Of a stretch of 64,000 bases of DNA, positions 9,123 to 18,496 are shown piece by piece. The stretch's first letter is position 1. Each line of letters starts with the position of its first letter. The stretch is from contig CANQTH010000001.1 in assembly GCA_947626795.1 (NCBI GenBank), positions 37,554 through 101,553 of the forward strand, written 5' to 3'. This DNA is from an uncultured Lachnospiraceae bacterium (GTDB lineage: Bacteria > Bacillota > Clostridia > Lachnospirales > Lachnospiraceae). The notes under the pieces are model-generated. The model made no database searches, was not told where the DNA came from, and saw nothing but the letters and a program-made list of their open reading frames with translations. A program made the translations under genes and the position numbers.

Positions 9123-11170
9123 ATCTCCAAATCTCCTTCTTCCAACATCTGGTCTAACGTTTCTTGTATCCTCCGCTTGGCCTCCTGCACCGTGCAGCCC
9201 TCTAACTGCGCGCCCGCCACGTTCAGATGGCCGCCGCCGCCCATGCGCTCCATGATGATCTGGACGTTGATCTCATCAATGGACCGAGAGCTGATATAGA
9301 TCTTGCCATGGTATTCCGTCAGGACGAAGGAGGCCTTGATCCCTATGATATTCAGCAGCTCGTTCGCCGCCTGCGCGCCCGCGATCGTCGGGCTTTCCAC
9401 GCTGCTGTCCGCCGGGCAGATGGAGATCGCGAACGCCCCCCGGTAAACATCCGCGTGGCGCACCGCCTCCGCGCGCGCCTTATAAGCCGCCATATCGTCC
9501 CGCAGAAGCTTCCGCACCCGCGTCACCTCCGCGCCGCAGCGGCGCAGGTAGGCTGCCGCCTCAAACGTCCGCACGCCCGTCTTCGTCATGAAATTATTCG
9601 TATCGATCAAAATGCCCGCGTAGATGCTGTCCGCCTCGTTGGGCTTCAGATGGATCTTCTCATTGAAATACTGCAGGACTTCCGCGACCATCTCGCAGGT
9701 GGAGGACGCGTACGGCTCGATATAGGAAAGCACGGCGTTCTCTATGACCTCGCTGCTCTGCCTGTGGTGGTCGAACACCACGATATTCTTCGAGCGCGTC
9801 AAAAGCTCCGGGCATTCCGTATAATTTGGGCGGTTCGTGTCCACGACCACGACCACGCTCTGGCTCGTCAGAAGCTCCAGCGCCCTGGCACTGTTGACAA
9901 ACATATCCGCCGGGTAGCCTTTCTCCTCCGAAAAGCATTCCTTCATCGGGCGCAGGGAAGACGTGACCTCGTTCAGGACGATATGCGTCTTCTTCTTGAG
10001 GACCTGAGCCGCGCAGAAAATGCCGACCGCCGCCCCGAACGAATCCATGTCGCTGATGTTGTGGCCCATGACAAAGACCTGCTCCCGGCTCTCGATGATC
10101 TCGCGGAGCGCATGGGCTTTCACGCGCGCCTTCACGCGCGTCATCTTCTCCATCTGGCGCGACTTGCCGCCGTAATAAGAGATCTTGTCCCCTTCCTTGA
10201 TCACGGCCTGGTCACCGCCCCTGCCAAGCGCAATGTCGATCGCCATGCGGGAATACTCGTATTTCTGGGTATAGCTGCCCTCGCTGACGCCGACCCCGAC
10301 GCTCAGCGTGACGGCCATCTCGTTCCCGATCTTGATCGTCTTCACGTCTTCTAAGACGCTGAACTTGTCCGCCGCGAACTCATCCAGGTATTTGCGCTTG
10401 AATACGATAAAATACTTGTCTTTTTCCAATTTCTTGACCACGCCGTCCCGCTCGGAGAAATATTTGCTCACCTTGCGGTCCACCAAAGCCACCAAAAGAG
10501 AACGCTTGACTTCTTCCACGCTGTCGAGCGCCTCTTCGTAATTGTCGATATAGACCAGCGCGGACACGAGCTGCTGCTCCCGGTTCGCGCGGATATACGC
10601 GTGAAGCTCCGTCTCGTCGAACAGATACAACGCCATGAGGAAGCTGTCCGCCTTCCCCAAGCCCAGCGTCCGCTTCTCCTGCTCGCCGCCGTCAAAATAG
10701 AGCTTGTCCGCGCCGACGCGGTAAACGCGCCCGCCCCACTCCATCTCAATCTGCCCGTCCCCTTCCTTCCCCAGGGCCTCTTTCGTAAGCGCCGGGAAGA
10801 TCGTGGAAACAGGCTTGTGGTATTTCTTATCCTTTTCCGTTATCTTTGCGAACTTCTGGTTCATCCACAGGATCTTGCCGCCGTCGTCGAGCAGCGCGTA
10901 CGGGATCTCGAACTCGTCCAGCAGCTTCTTCTGGACCGTCCCGTACTGGGTCGCGAAATTGATCGCCGCGCGGCGCATCACGGCCTTGTTCGCCAGATAC
11001 GTCAGCAGCCACGTCAAAAAATGCGCCGCCGCAAAGATCAGCGCGCAGATGCCGTAACGCCTGTCAAAATAAAACATCCCCGCGCCTGCCAGCAAGATCA
11101 GTATTGTCAAAACCAATGGCCAGCGCATAAAATTTAATAGCCGGCCAGTGGGCCCATCCGTTTTTTTCAT
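9119..11170 (-). CDS. gdpP: c-di-AMP phosphodiesterase (TM-PAS-GGDEF-like-DHH/DHHA1)
   Basis: MGHNISDMDSFG, VVVDT, FDHH, GGGGH; gdpP-rplI-dnaB synteny. Confidence 0.92.
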   Translation of the reverse strand: MKKTDGPTGRLLNFMRWPLVLTILILLAGAGMFYFDRRYGICALIFAAAHFLTWLLTYLANKAVMRRAAINFATQYGTVQKKLLDEFEIPYALLDDGGKILWMNQKFAKITEKDKKYHKPVSTIFPALTKEALGKEGDGQIEMEWGGRVYRVGADKLYFDGGEQEKRTLGLGKADSFLMALYLFDETELHAYIRANREQQLVSALVYIDNYEEALDSVEEVKRSLLVALVDRKVSKYFSERDGVVKKLEKDKYFIVFKRKYLDEFAADKFSVLEDVKTIKIGNEMAVTLSVGVGVSEGSYTQKYEYSRMAIDIALGRGGDQAVIKEGDKISYYGGKSRQMEKMTRVKARVKAHALREIIESREQVFVMGHNISDMDSFGAAVGIFCAAQVLKKKTHIVLNEVTSSLRPMKECFSEEKGYPADMFVNSARALELLTSQSVVVVVDTNRPNYTECPELLTRSKNIVVFDHHRQSSEVIENAVLSYIEPYASSTCEMVAEVLQYFNEKIHLKPNEADSIYAGILIDTNNFMTKTGVRTFEAAAYLRRCGAEVTRVRKLLRDDMAAYKARAEAVRHADVYRGAFAISICPADSSVESPTIAGAQAANELLNIIGIKASFVLTEYHGKIYISSRSIDEINVQIIMERMGGGGHLNVAGAQLEGCTVQEAKRRIQETLDQMLEEGDLEI

Positions 11171-11302
11171 GTATTTTCTCCTACAGGCAAACGGTTTGCC
11201 CGCCGCCTGCGCAACTAGTATACCATTTTTCACGGAAAAGTTAAAGTTCTTTTTTCCCATAGTTACGGAATGGAATTTTTTTCACGAATTTTTTAGAAAT
11301 TC

Positions 11303-11331
11303 TTTACTATTTTCTTATAGTGTGCTATAGT
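11303..11331 (+). promoter_or_regulatory. Putative sigma-A promoter for the YEKP-leader gene
   Basis: TTTACT-17 nt-TATAGT with extended TG. Confidence 0.5.
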
Positions 11332-11376
11332 AATCTTGGTAAGCATTCATTTGTGTTTTTTGAAAGGGGGTTCATA

Positions 11377-11826
11377 ATGCGTAATTATGAAAAACCAATG
11401 GTCATGGTAAGTGACGGGTTGAGCGAAGGCATCTATGCGGCGAGCGGCGCCACAGAATCCGCGGACTGCTGGACAGTCGAGCCGGTATCCGTCCAAGACT
11501 GGAATGGCTCCCATCATGTATTCGAGATTCGTTGCAAGCATTCTACAGCAGTAGAGCACATTTCTTCCGGGACAACAGTAACGCTTACATTTAACAATGC
11601 TTTAACGGATGCTTATTCTGAATTTGCCTGCTCATTCAGCGGCAGCACGGTCACAGTCACCCGCGAGCTGCACGCGAACGCTTATAAGTCTGGCGATACC
11701 ATGACTTACAAGGTATGGGTAAAGGCTGCCGACGAAGCGACGACGAAGGCGATTTCCTGCATTGGCGCGACCATTTCCTGCACGAAATCCATCAACGTCC
11801 AGGGCGGCGGGGCGAACGGCTCCTGA
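11377..11826 (+). CDS. 149-aa protein with a lasso-like YxxP leader and a beta-rich, Cys-containing domain; putative RRE/ABC substrate
   Basis: MRNYEKPMVMVSDGLSEGIYAASG followed by Thr/Ser/Val-rich strands; AAAGGGGG RBS; no hydrophobic Sec signal; directly upstream of an ABC exporter. Confidence 0.75.
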   Translation: MRNYEKPMVMVSDGLSEGIYAASGATESADCWTVEPVSVQDWNGSHHVFEIRCKHSTAVEHISSGTTVTLTFNNALTDAYSEFACSFSGSTVTVTRELHANAYKSGDTMTYKVWVKAADEATTKAISCIGATISCTKSINVQGGGANGS

Positions 11827-11859
11827 CGCAGATCAGATGCGGATCCATGTATTGGGGAA

Positions 11860-11890
11860 GGCAGCGCTTGTTTCAAGCGCTGCCATTTTC
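11860..11890 (+). terminator. Hairpin terminator/attenuator between the putative cargo gene and the ABC transporter
   Basis: Perfect 10-bp stem GGCAGCGCTT-GTTTC-AAGCGCTGCC followed by ATTTTC. Confidence 0.6.
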
Positions 11891-12037
11891 ATCGGATGAG
11901 GGAAGATTCCCGCCTCTCTATCTGTCCGTATCCGCGGCGTGAGTTTTCCCCCATCTGATCAACCCTCCGTGAAGGCGGGCCTTGAACGGATCCGTCCCTT
12001 CCATGGCGCATACGCATAAGAGAAAGGATCCTACCCC

Positions 12038-13993
12038 ATGAGAGAAAAGCTCAAGTTCTATTTCGGGCGCATCAAAGCCGGACGCCTTGCCGAAATGAAG
12101 CGGCAGACGCTCTGGATCTACCAATACGCCAGGCGCTACTGGCTCATCATGATCTTCTACACCCTTTTGGGCATGGTCGGGACGGCCGTCTCGCTGCTCT
12201 CCAGCCTGGTTTCCAAGGATCTCGTGGACATCATCACCGGACATGAGGCGGGGGAAGTCGTCAAGACGTTCGCCATCATGATCGGCTTAAATGTCGGGAC
12301 GACGTTCTTAAACCAGATCTCCGATTACGCTTCCAGCTACCTGAGCCTGAAAGTGGATTCTGAGATCAAGGCCGACATTTTCTCGAAGATCCTGGTGACG
12401 GACTGGGAATCCCTGACGACTTACCACACGGGCGACCTTCTGACGCGCTGGAGTTCCGACGCCTCCGCCATCTCGAACGGCGTCCTGAACTTCATCCCCA
12501 ACGCCGTCATTTATTTGTTCCGCTTCATCAGCGCGTTTTCCATGGTCATCTATTACGACGCCTCGTTCGCCATATTCGCTTTCCTTGGGATGCCCGTGAG
12601 CCTGCTGCTCTCCAAGACGCTCTTGAACCGCATGGTGAACAACAACCAGCGCAGCGCGGCGATGGGGGCGAAAATGTCCGGCTTTAACCAGGAGACGTTT
12701 TCCAACATCCAGACCATCAAGGCGTTCGACTTGATCCATCTGTACGTCGCGCGGCTCAAGCAGCTCCAGAAGGAATACATCGATATGAAGCTGGATTTCC
12801 AGAAAATGTCGATGGGGACGTCGCTGCTCTTATCGACCGTCGCGCTCCTCGTCTCCTACGCCTCCTACGGCTGGGGCATTTACCGCGTATTCAGCAACGC
12901 CATCAGCTACGGCACGATGACGATGTTCCTAAGCCTCTCCGGGACGCTGACCGGGACGCTGCACAATTTGACGTCCCTCATCCCGACGACGATCTCTCTT
13001 ACGACCTCCGCCGGGCGTCTGATGGACATCATCGAGATGCCGCGCGAGGATTACAGCCAGGATGATGAGGCCGAGCGCTTCTTCCAGGCCAACCGGGCGC
13101 AGGGCATCAGCCTTTCCGTCAAGGGCCTGGATTACTCTTACAGCAACGGGACGGAAGTCTTCCGGGGCGCGTCTTTGGAAGCGCGCCCGCATGAGGTCGT
13201 CGCGCTCGTCGGCCCGTCCGGCGAGGGCAAGACCACAATGATCCGCCTGATCTTATCGCTGATGCGCGCCCAGGGCGGAACCGCCATGCTCTACGGCGGC
13301 GCGGCGGCAGATCCCTCATCCGGAAACGGCGGCGCGGCAGCAGACCCACCATCCGGGGACGGCGGCGCGGCGGCAGATCCCTCATCCGGGGACGACGGCG
13401 CGGCGGCAGACCCGCCATCCGGGGACGGCGGCGCGGCGGCAGACCCGCCATCCGGGAATGGCGGCAGCCCTTCCGCAAGCGGCGGCTCTTCTGCGGATGA
13501 CGGCATCCCCCTGACGCCTTCCACGCGGAAGCTCTTTTCCTATGTGCCGCAGGGCAACACAATGTTCTCCGGCACGATCGCGGAAAATATGCGGAACGTC
13601 AAACCGGACGCCACCGACGAGGAGATCGTGGACGTCTTAAAACTCTCCTGCGCCTGGGATTTCGTGAACAGGCTGCCGGATGGCATCAACAGCGAGATCA
13701 AAGAACGCGGCGGCGGCTTCTCCGAGGGGCAGGCCCAGCGGCTTTCCATCGCGAGGGCCCTGCTGCGACGCTCGCCTATCCTTCTTTTGGATGAGGCGAC
13801 TTCCGCCCTGGACGTCGCGACCGAGCGCAGCGTTCTGCGGAACATCATGTCGGATGAATATCCGAGAACGTGCATCGTGACGACGCACCGCCCGTCCGTG
13901 CTGAATATCTGCAAACGGGTCTATGCCATCCGCGACAAGAAATGCGTCGTCCTCAACGAGGACGAGATCGACGAGATGGTGCGTGGGTTCTGA
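12038..13993 (+). CDS. ABC exporter (TMD+NBD fusion, no C39 peptidase domain)
   Basis: TM helices, Walker A GPSGEGKTT, signature FSEGQAQR, Walker B LLLDEATSALD. Confidence 0.93.
   Translation: MREKLKFYFGRIKAGRLAEMKRQTLWIYQYARRYWLIMIFYTLLGMVGTAVSLLSSLVSKDLVDIITGHEAGEVVKTFAIMIGLNVGTTFLNQISDYASSYLSLKVDSEIKADIFSKILVTDWESLTTYHTGDLLTRWSSDASAISNGVLNFIPNAVIYLFRFISAFSMVIYYDASFAIFAFLGMPVSLLLSKTLLNRMVNNNQRSAAMGAKMSGFNQETFSNIQTIKAFDLIHLYVARLKQLQKEYIDMKLDFQKMSMGTSLLLSTVALLVSYASYGWGIYRVFSNAISYGTMTMFLSLSGTLTGTLHNLTSLIPTTISLTTSAGRLMDIIEMPREDYSQDDEAERFFQANRAQGISLSVKGLDYSYSNGTEVFRGASLEARPHEVVALVGPSGEGKTTMIRLILSLMRAQGGTAMLYGGAAADPSSGNGGAAADPPSGDGGAAADPSSGDDGAAADPPSGDGGAAADPPSGNGGSPSASGGSSADDGIPLTPSTRKLFSYVPQGNTMFSGTIAENMRNVKPDATDEEIVDVLKLSCAWDFVNRLPDGINSEIKERGGGFSEGQAQRLSIARALLRRSPILLLDEATSALDVATERSVLRNIMSDEYPRTCIVTTHRPSVLNICKRVYAIRDKKCVVLNEDEIDEMVRGF
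13295..13462 (+). repeat. Five in-frame 33-bp repeats (GGAAADP[S/P]SG[N/D]) inside the ABC NBD
   Basis: Visible in DNA and protein between Walker A and YVPQ. Confidence 0.9.
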
Positions 13994-14155
13994 TCCCCGC
14001 CATGCATAAAGCAGGCAGGCTGCCGAAGAATTTGGGGGGCGGATAAGATCCTGATCCCCGCGCCGCATCTCCCACGGCAACGCGTCCCACATGACGAGTT
14101 TGGGGCGGATAAGGCCGCGTCCTGATCCCTGCCATGCATAAAGCAGGCAGGCCTC
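13988..14155. repeat. Intergenic direct repeat CTGATCCC(C/T)GCCATGCATAAAGCAGGCAGGC x2, plus a partial middle copy
   Basis: Copies at about 13990 and 14122; the first begins on the ABC stop codon. Confidence 0.7.
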
Positions 14156-14175
14156 CCAATTTCAGGGGCCGCCGA

Positions 14176-15390
14176 TCAGGAAAACAGCTTCATCCTGCCG
14201 ATCAGCCTGCTGCGCTTCCCGGCTTTCTTTAAGATCTCCCGCCCCTTTACCTTGCGGACGGCGCGGTTGTTATGGAGGAAGCGCGCAAGCGTCGCTGCCC
14301 AGAGCGCGGGCCACAGCAGAAACACCTTCCCGGCGGACGGGTAATTCAGGTGCATCTGATGGTGGAACTCCCGCACATAGGCGTTAAGCCCCGTCCCGCG
14401 CATCGCCACCATCCGCTGGCTCTCGTCATGCCCGAACTCCCCCGCCGCAAAGACTTCTTCCATAAAATCCTCCAAAACCTTCGCGGAAACCGATTGCCCG
14501 CCCGACCGGAACACGGCCCGGTCCTCCCGAAGCCCCAGATATCTTACGCACGCGCCGTCCAATATGCGGACGAAGCCTTCCGTCCCGCTCTCTTTCACGA
14601 GACGCAAAAACACTTCTTTTTCTTCCGGCCGCACCTCGCGGTCCCAAAAAACGACCCAGTCGCACAAAAATTTCAGCCCGAATCCCGCGCGCAGGAAATG
14701 CTGCAGCATATGGACGATCAGGTAGAACGCGTGATAAGCGTCCGAGGGTTGGTAAAACGGAACGCCCCACGCCTCGTTCAAGACCATGTGATCTCCATAT
14801 TCCGGGGCCAGTTCTTCCAGATATTGATTCATCTTCCGGCTCTCAAACGGCTCCGCCAGCATACTGTGGATCTCCACGGAAATGCCTTCTTCATTTACCA
14901 TCTCCAAATGGTGCAGCGCCGTCTGGCCCTCCAGCTCCTTGAACCCGTCCTCCTTTAAGATATTCGCGGCGCGCAGGAACTCCCCTCTGTCCGGGATCAG
15001 GATATCCACGTCCCCGGACTTGCGCAGCTCCGGCGTCGGATAATAAGACGCGGTAGCCGCGCCTTTCAGCACGATCGCGCGGATCCCGTTCTTCTCCAAT
15101 TCCCGCGTGACATATTTTGTCAAAAAAAGCAGCCGATAGTTCGAGCGCACGACGACTTTCGCCGGATTTCGGACCGCCGCCTCCCAGCTTTCCGGATCCT
15201 CTTGCCCGCCCAGGGCGGCGAGCAGCGGCAAGACCGCGTGCCGCCTGGCAATCTCCGCCATCTTAAAAAAAAGAGGCCCATCCTTTTCTATGTCAGCTTT
15301 TCGCCCTTCCCGGCGCAGCGCAGCCGCCAGCCCTTCCAGCAGCATCTTTTCCGCCCCGCCCATTTTTGCCGTCTGTTTTTTCTCCTGCAT
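14176..15390 (-). CDS. Nucleotidyltransferase family protein (NTP_transf_5-like)
   Basis: VLKGAATASYYPTPELRKSGDVDILI, VEIH, HMLQHF..GFGLKFLCDW. Confidence 0.85.
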   Translation of the reverse strand: MQEKKQTAKMGGAEKMLLEGLAAALRREGRKADIEKDGPLFFKMAEIARRHAVLPLLAALGGQEDPESWEAAVRNPAKVVVRSNYRLLFLTKYVTRELEKNGIRAIVLKGAATASYYPTPELRKSGDVDILIPDRGEFLRAANILKEDGFKELEGQTALHHLEMVNEEGISVEIHSMLAEPFESRKMNQYLEELAPEYGDHMVLNEAWGVPFYQPSDAYHAFYLIVHMLQHFLRAGFGLKFLCDWVVFWDREVRPEEKEVFLRLVKESGTEGFVRILDGACVRYLGLREDRAVFRSGGQSVSAKVLEDFMEEVFAAGEFGHDESQRMVAMRGTGLNAYVREFHHQMHLNYPSAGKVFLLWPALWAATLARFLHNNRAVRKVKGREILKKAGKRSRLIGRMKLFS

Positions 15391-15468
15391 AGCTCCCTCC
15401 ACTGGCGCGCCGCCTTCCCGCTTCCCGCAAGCCTCTCATCTGTGATCGTTCAACTTAGATTCCCTCTT

Positions 15469-15548
15469 GGCTGAATTTTCATACCTCTACGGACTTTGCG
15501 GAAAGCGCAAAGCCCCGAGCCGAACCATTACGCCCATACAATTCAGCC
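15469..15548. repeat. REP-like structured intergenic element, copy A
   Basis: 38-bp core 15488-15525 matches 43307-43344 at 32/38; internal CTTTGCG-GAAAG-CGCAAAG hairpin; outer IR GGCTGAATT/AATTCAGCC. Confidence 0.55.
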
Positions 15549-15555
15549 TGTTCCC

Positions 15556-17112
15556 TCATCTTTTCCTTGCCCTGCCGCGGAATTTCTCCCACAAGCCGCG
15601 CGCTTTCTGGCGCAGGAAGCGAAATTCCTTCGTCCGCCCGTAAACGACCAAAAACCAGAGGTTGGGCAGGACGATGCAGACCGCGAGCCGCCCCGCAAGC
15701 TCCTGCCACAGCCCTAAGCCGCGCGCCGCCAGCGCGGCGCACAGGGCGTCGGCCGCGCGCCATCCAACGCCAATGACCGCCGCGTACGCGAGATAGCGCA
15801 GGAAATAGCTGGCGCAGGGCTTGTGGAAACCGTATTTGTACAGCACGTACGGCTCAACCCACAAAGAGGTGAGCGCCATGCTCAAAAGCGTCCCCAGGAA
15901 CACGCCCAGCGTCCCCATCCAATGCGCCAGCAAAAGCGAGATCCCCAGGTTCGCAAGCGCCTCCGCGATCGCCTTGTGCCTGTCATACCAGAACAGTCCC
16001 ATGGAATCCCGGAACGTCAGCGCGGCGTTGCGCATCCCGTTGAGGAAAAAATTCAGGCACAGCACAAACACGACGGTTTTCGGGAAAACGTACTGCTCCC
16101 CGAAGCTGATCGCTATGAATGGATTGAGAATCTCGTACAGGCAGATCGCCGCAAACCCGTACATCCACTGGCCGATGAAAAACACGGCCTCGAACACTTC
16201 CCGGACATGCCCCTCGCCCTCCGTCGCGCCCAGGTTCCCGACGCTGGCCGTGATCCCCTGGTAGACCTGGTTCAGCATCTGTCTTACAGACCCGATCACC
16301 AGATAATAATTGGAATAGCTCCCGACGCTGGCAAGCCCCACGAACGCCGACAGCAGCAGGTTGTCCGTGTTGTTGACGATCACCGTCCCCACCTTATGCA
16401 TCAGCATGGCCCGGATATTGGCAAAGATCTCCTTTTTCTCCTTCTCCGGGAGCGGCGCGGGGCTTTTTTCCTTCAGAAACGGATAAAGGCTGTCCGCCCG
16501 AAGCGAGATGCAGACGTTGCACAAAACCGTCGTCGCGATGTTGATCAGCAAGAACAGGATAAAGTCATGCCAGACCAGCAGGACTATCATCTGCAGGACG
16601 TCCTGCAGAACCCAGGACATCGTCTGGTAAAACGTGCCGATATATAAAAGCTGGTTCGCGTCCATCAGCGTTTTCTTGTAGATCAGAAGATACGAGCAGA
16701 CGGTATTGGCAAGGTAGAGCGCATAGATCAAAGTCAGGTTCCCGACGTTCTCATAATCCTTGATGAAATATCCCAAAAACGGGATCAGCGCGCCGCCCGC
16801 CACTGCCACGACCGCCGCCGCCGCAAAATAGAATTTCCGGAAGAGCTGCATGAGCGACCTCTGCTTTTCTGTGTCGCCCTGCGCGATCGGGCGGTAAAGC
16901 GCGTAGGTGATCGCCGTCCCGACCCCCATCTCGGACAGGGACAGCACCTGGATGATATCGACGAACAGCCCGTTCACCCCGACGTAGCTCTTGCTCAACG
17001 TATGCGTGAACACGACCCGCAGCGCATACCCCATCACGATCGCCGTCAGACGGGAGATCAGCGCCACTGTCGTATTCCGCGCAGAATATTCCGTCCTGGT
17101 CTTCCTTTCCAT
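15556..17112 (-). CDS. Wzx/MATE-like polysaccharide flippase
   Basis: Polytopic; LSLSEMGVGTAITYALYRPIA, NNTDNLLLSAFVG, SNYYLVI. Confidence 0.88.
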   Translation of the reverse strand: MERKTRTEYSARNTTVALISRLTAIVMGYALRVVFTHTLSKSYVGVNGLFVDIIQVLSLSEMGVGTAITYALYRPIAQGDTEKQRSLMQLFRKFYFAAAAVVAVAGGALIPFLGYFIKDYENVGNLTLIYALYLANTVCSYLLIYKKTLMDANQLLYIGTFYQTMSWVLQDVLQMIVLLVWHDFILFLLINIATTVLCNVCISLRADSLYPFLKEKSPAPLPEKEKKEIFANIRAMLMHKVGTVIVNNTDNLLLSAFVGLASVGSYSNYYLVIGSVRQMLNQVYQGITASVGNLGATEGEGHVREVFEAVFFIGQWMYGFAAICLYEILNPFIAISFGEQYVFPKTVVFVLCLNFFLNGMRNAALTFRDSMGLFWYDRHKAIAEALANLGISLLLAHWMGTLGVFLGTLLSMALTSLWVEPYVLYKYGFHKPCASYFLRYLAYAAVIGVGWRAADALCAALAARGLGLWQELAGRLAVCIVLPNLWFLVVYGRTKEFRFLRQKARGLWEKFRGRARKR

Positions 17113-17137
17113 CCGAATCGCCCTCCCTATATCCGTC

Positions 17138-17349
17138 CTCATTTCTCAAACGAGGATTTTTCCGGCAGCGCGCTTGCTGCCCGCCTCCCCCATTTCCCGA
17201 ACAGGGATTTCCCGGCGGCGCACCCTCTCTCATTTCTCAAACGAGGATTTCCCGGCAGCGCGCCTTACGCCTCTCTCCCCTTCCCGAACAGGGATTTCCC
17301 GGCGGCGCACCCTCTCTCATTTCTCAAACGAGGATTTTTCCGGCAGCGC
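17138..17349. repeat. Three copies (period about 87-91 bp) of the Stealth gene 3' end
   Basis: CTCATTTCTCAAACGAGGATTT..CCGGCAGCGC at 17138, 17229 and 17316; the last contains the real stop. Confidence 0.85.
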
Positions 17350-18363
17350 CTGTTCCAGCGCCTCCATGACCTGCCGCTTCGCGCGCGCAAAATCGATCGG
17401 CTCGTTGGCGTCGTTGACGCAGACGATCTTCGCCTTGCGCCTCGCGATCGTTTTCATCAGCGCGGGGTTGTCGCTCTTCACGTCAAAATAACGGAATCCC
17501 CGCAGGACATTTTTTGCACGGAAATTCCCGGATAATTTCTGCCACTCCCGCGCGAGGTACTGGCTCACATCCCCTTTATCCCGGAAACGGTGGCGGCACG
17601 TACTATCCAAAAGCTCCGCCTCCTTCTCCCAAAGCTCCCGGTACGTCCCCTTCAAGAACGGGGCCGCCCCGTGCGCCGTGAAAAACCCGGTATAACGCGG
17701 GAACACCATCTCCAGCAGATTATAAAAAAAGTAGAGTGGGGGATAGCCGACCTTAAAATAATTGCCCGGCTGGCGTTTCACGTTCTCCCGCTTGGAAAAA
17801 TGCTTCGACAGCGCAAGCGCGTTGTTCATATAGATGTAGGTCATGACCGGGTTCTCCGGGTTCGCGACGACGGGCTGGAACGCCAGCATATCGCAGGGCT
17901 TCCCGCCGATGAAAAAATCTTCTTTTTTCAGCTCATCGATCAGGAGCATATCGTCGTTAAAGTAGACGAACTGCTCTGAAAGGCCCTCGATCCGGTGCAT
18001 ATTCCACTCGATCGTATGGGAATTGAACGTGGGCAGGTATTCCGGCGGGATGTAGTCCTCGTGGCGCACGATATGCAGCTTCGGATGGGAAACGTCCAGC
18101 CAATCCGGCAGATGCCCCCAGGTGATGAAATGGATCTTCCGCACCCAGGGCGCGTATTTTTCCACGCCCCGAAACCAATACTGCAGGATGCCCCAGTCGC
18201 GGTAACGCTCGTCGGCGTCGTCGGTCCCGTCCCAGCCGCCTCCCGCTTCTTTGCCTCCTTCGCGTCCGAACTCCCGCTCGCGGCACGCCCTCTTTTCCCG
18301 CCGCCAGTTCTCGTCGCCGCCATCCACCCAGGTAATGACGAAATCAATTTCCTCTTCCCGCAT
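17317..18363 (-). CDS. Stealth-family phosphoglycosyl transferase
   Basis: IDFVITWVDG (CR1), LPTFNSHTIE..GLSEQFVYFNDD (CR2), CRHRFR, CVND. Confidence 0.93.
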   Translation of the reverse strand: MREEEIDFVITWVDGGDENWRREKRACREREFGREGGKEAGGGWDGTDDADERYRDWGILQYWFRGVEKYAPWVRKIHFITWGHLPDWLDVSHPKLHIVRHEDYIPPEYLPTFNSHTIEWNMHRIEGLSEQFVYFNDDMLLIDELKKEDFFIGGKPCDMLAFQPVVANPENPVMTYIYMNNALALSKHFSKRENVKRQPGNYFKVGYPPLYFFYNLLEMVFPRYTGFFTAHGAAPFLKGTYRELWEKEAELLDSTCRHRFRDKGDVSQYLAREWQKLSGNFRAKNVLRGFRYFDVKSDNPALMKTIARRKAKIVCVNDANEPIDFARAKRQVMEALEQALPEKSSFEK

Positions 18364-18496
18364 ATTTCCATTCCTCCCGCAAATATGTTATACTGGCCTT
18401 AGACATACGCAAATTCAAGACTCGCGCGCGATCCGGGCCTGCTTTTGCAGACATCTTCCGATCCGGATCTTTGCGCATCCTCACGGAGGTTCCCTT

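Noticed and set aside
17138-17349. CRISPR array
   Set aside because: The sequences between repeats are near-identical to each other, so this is a tandem duplication of a gene end.
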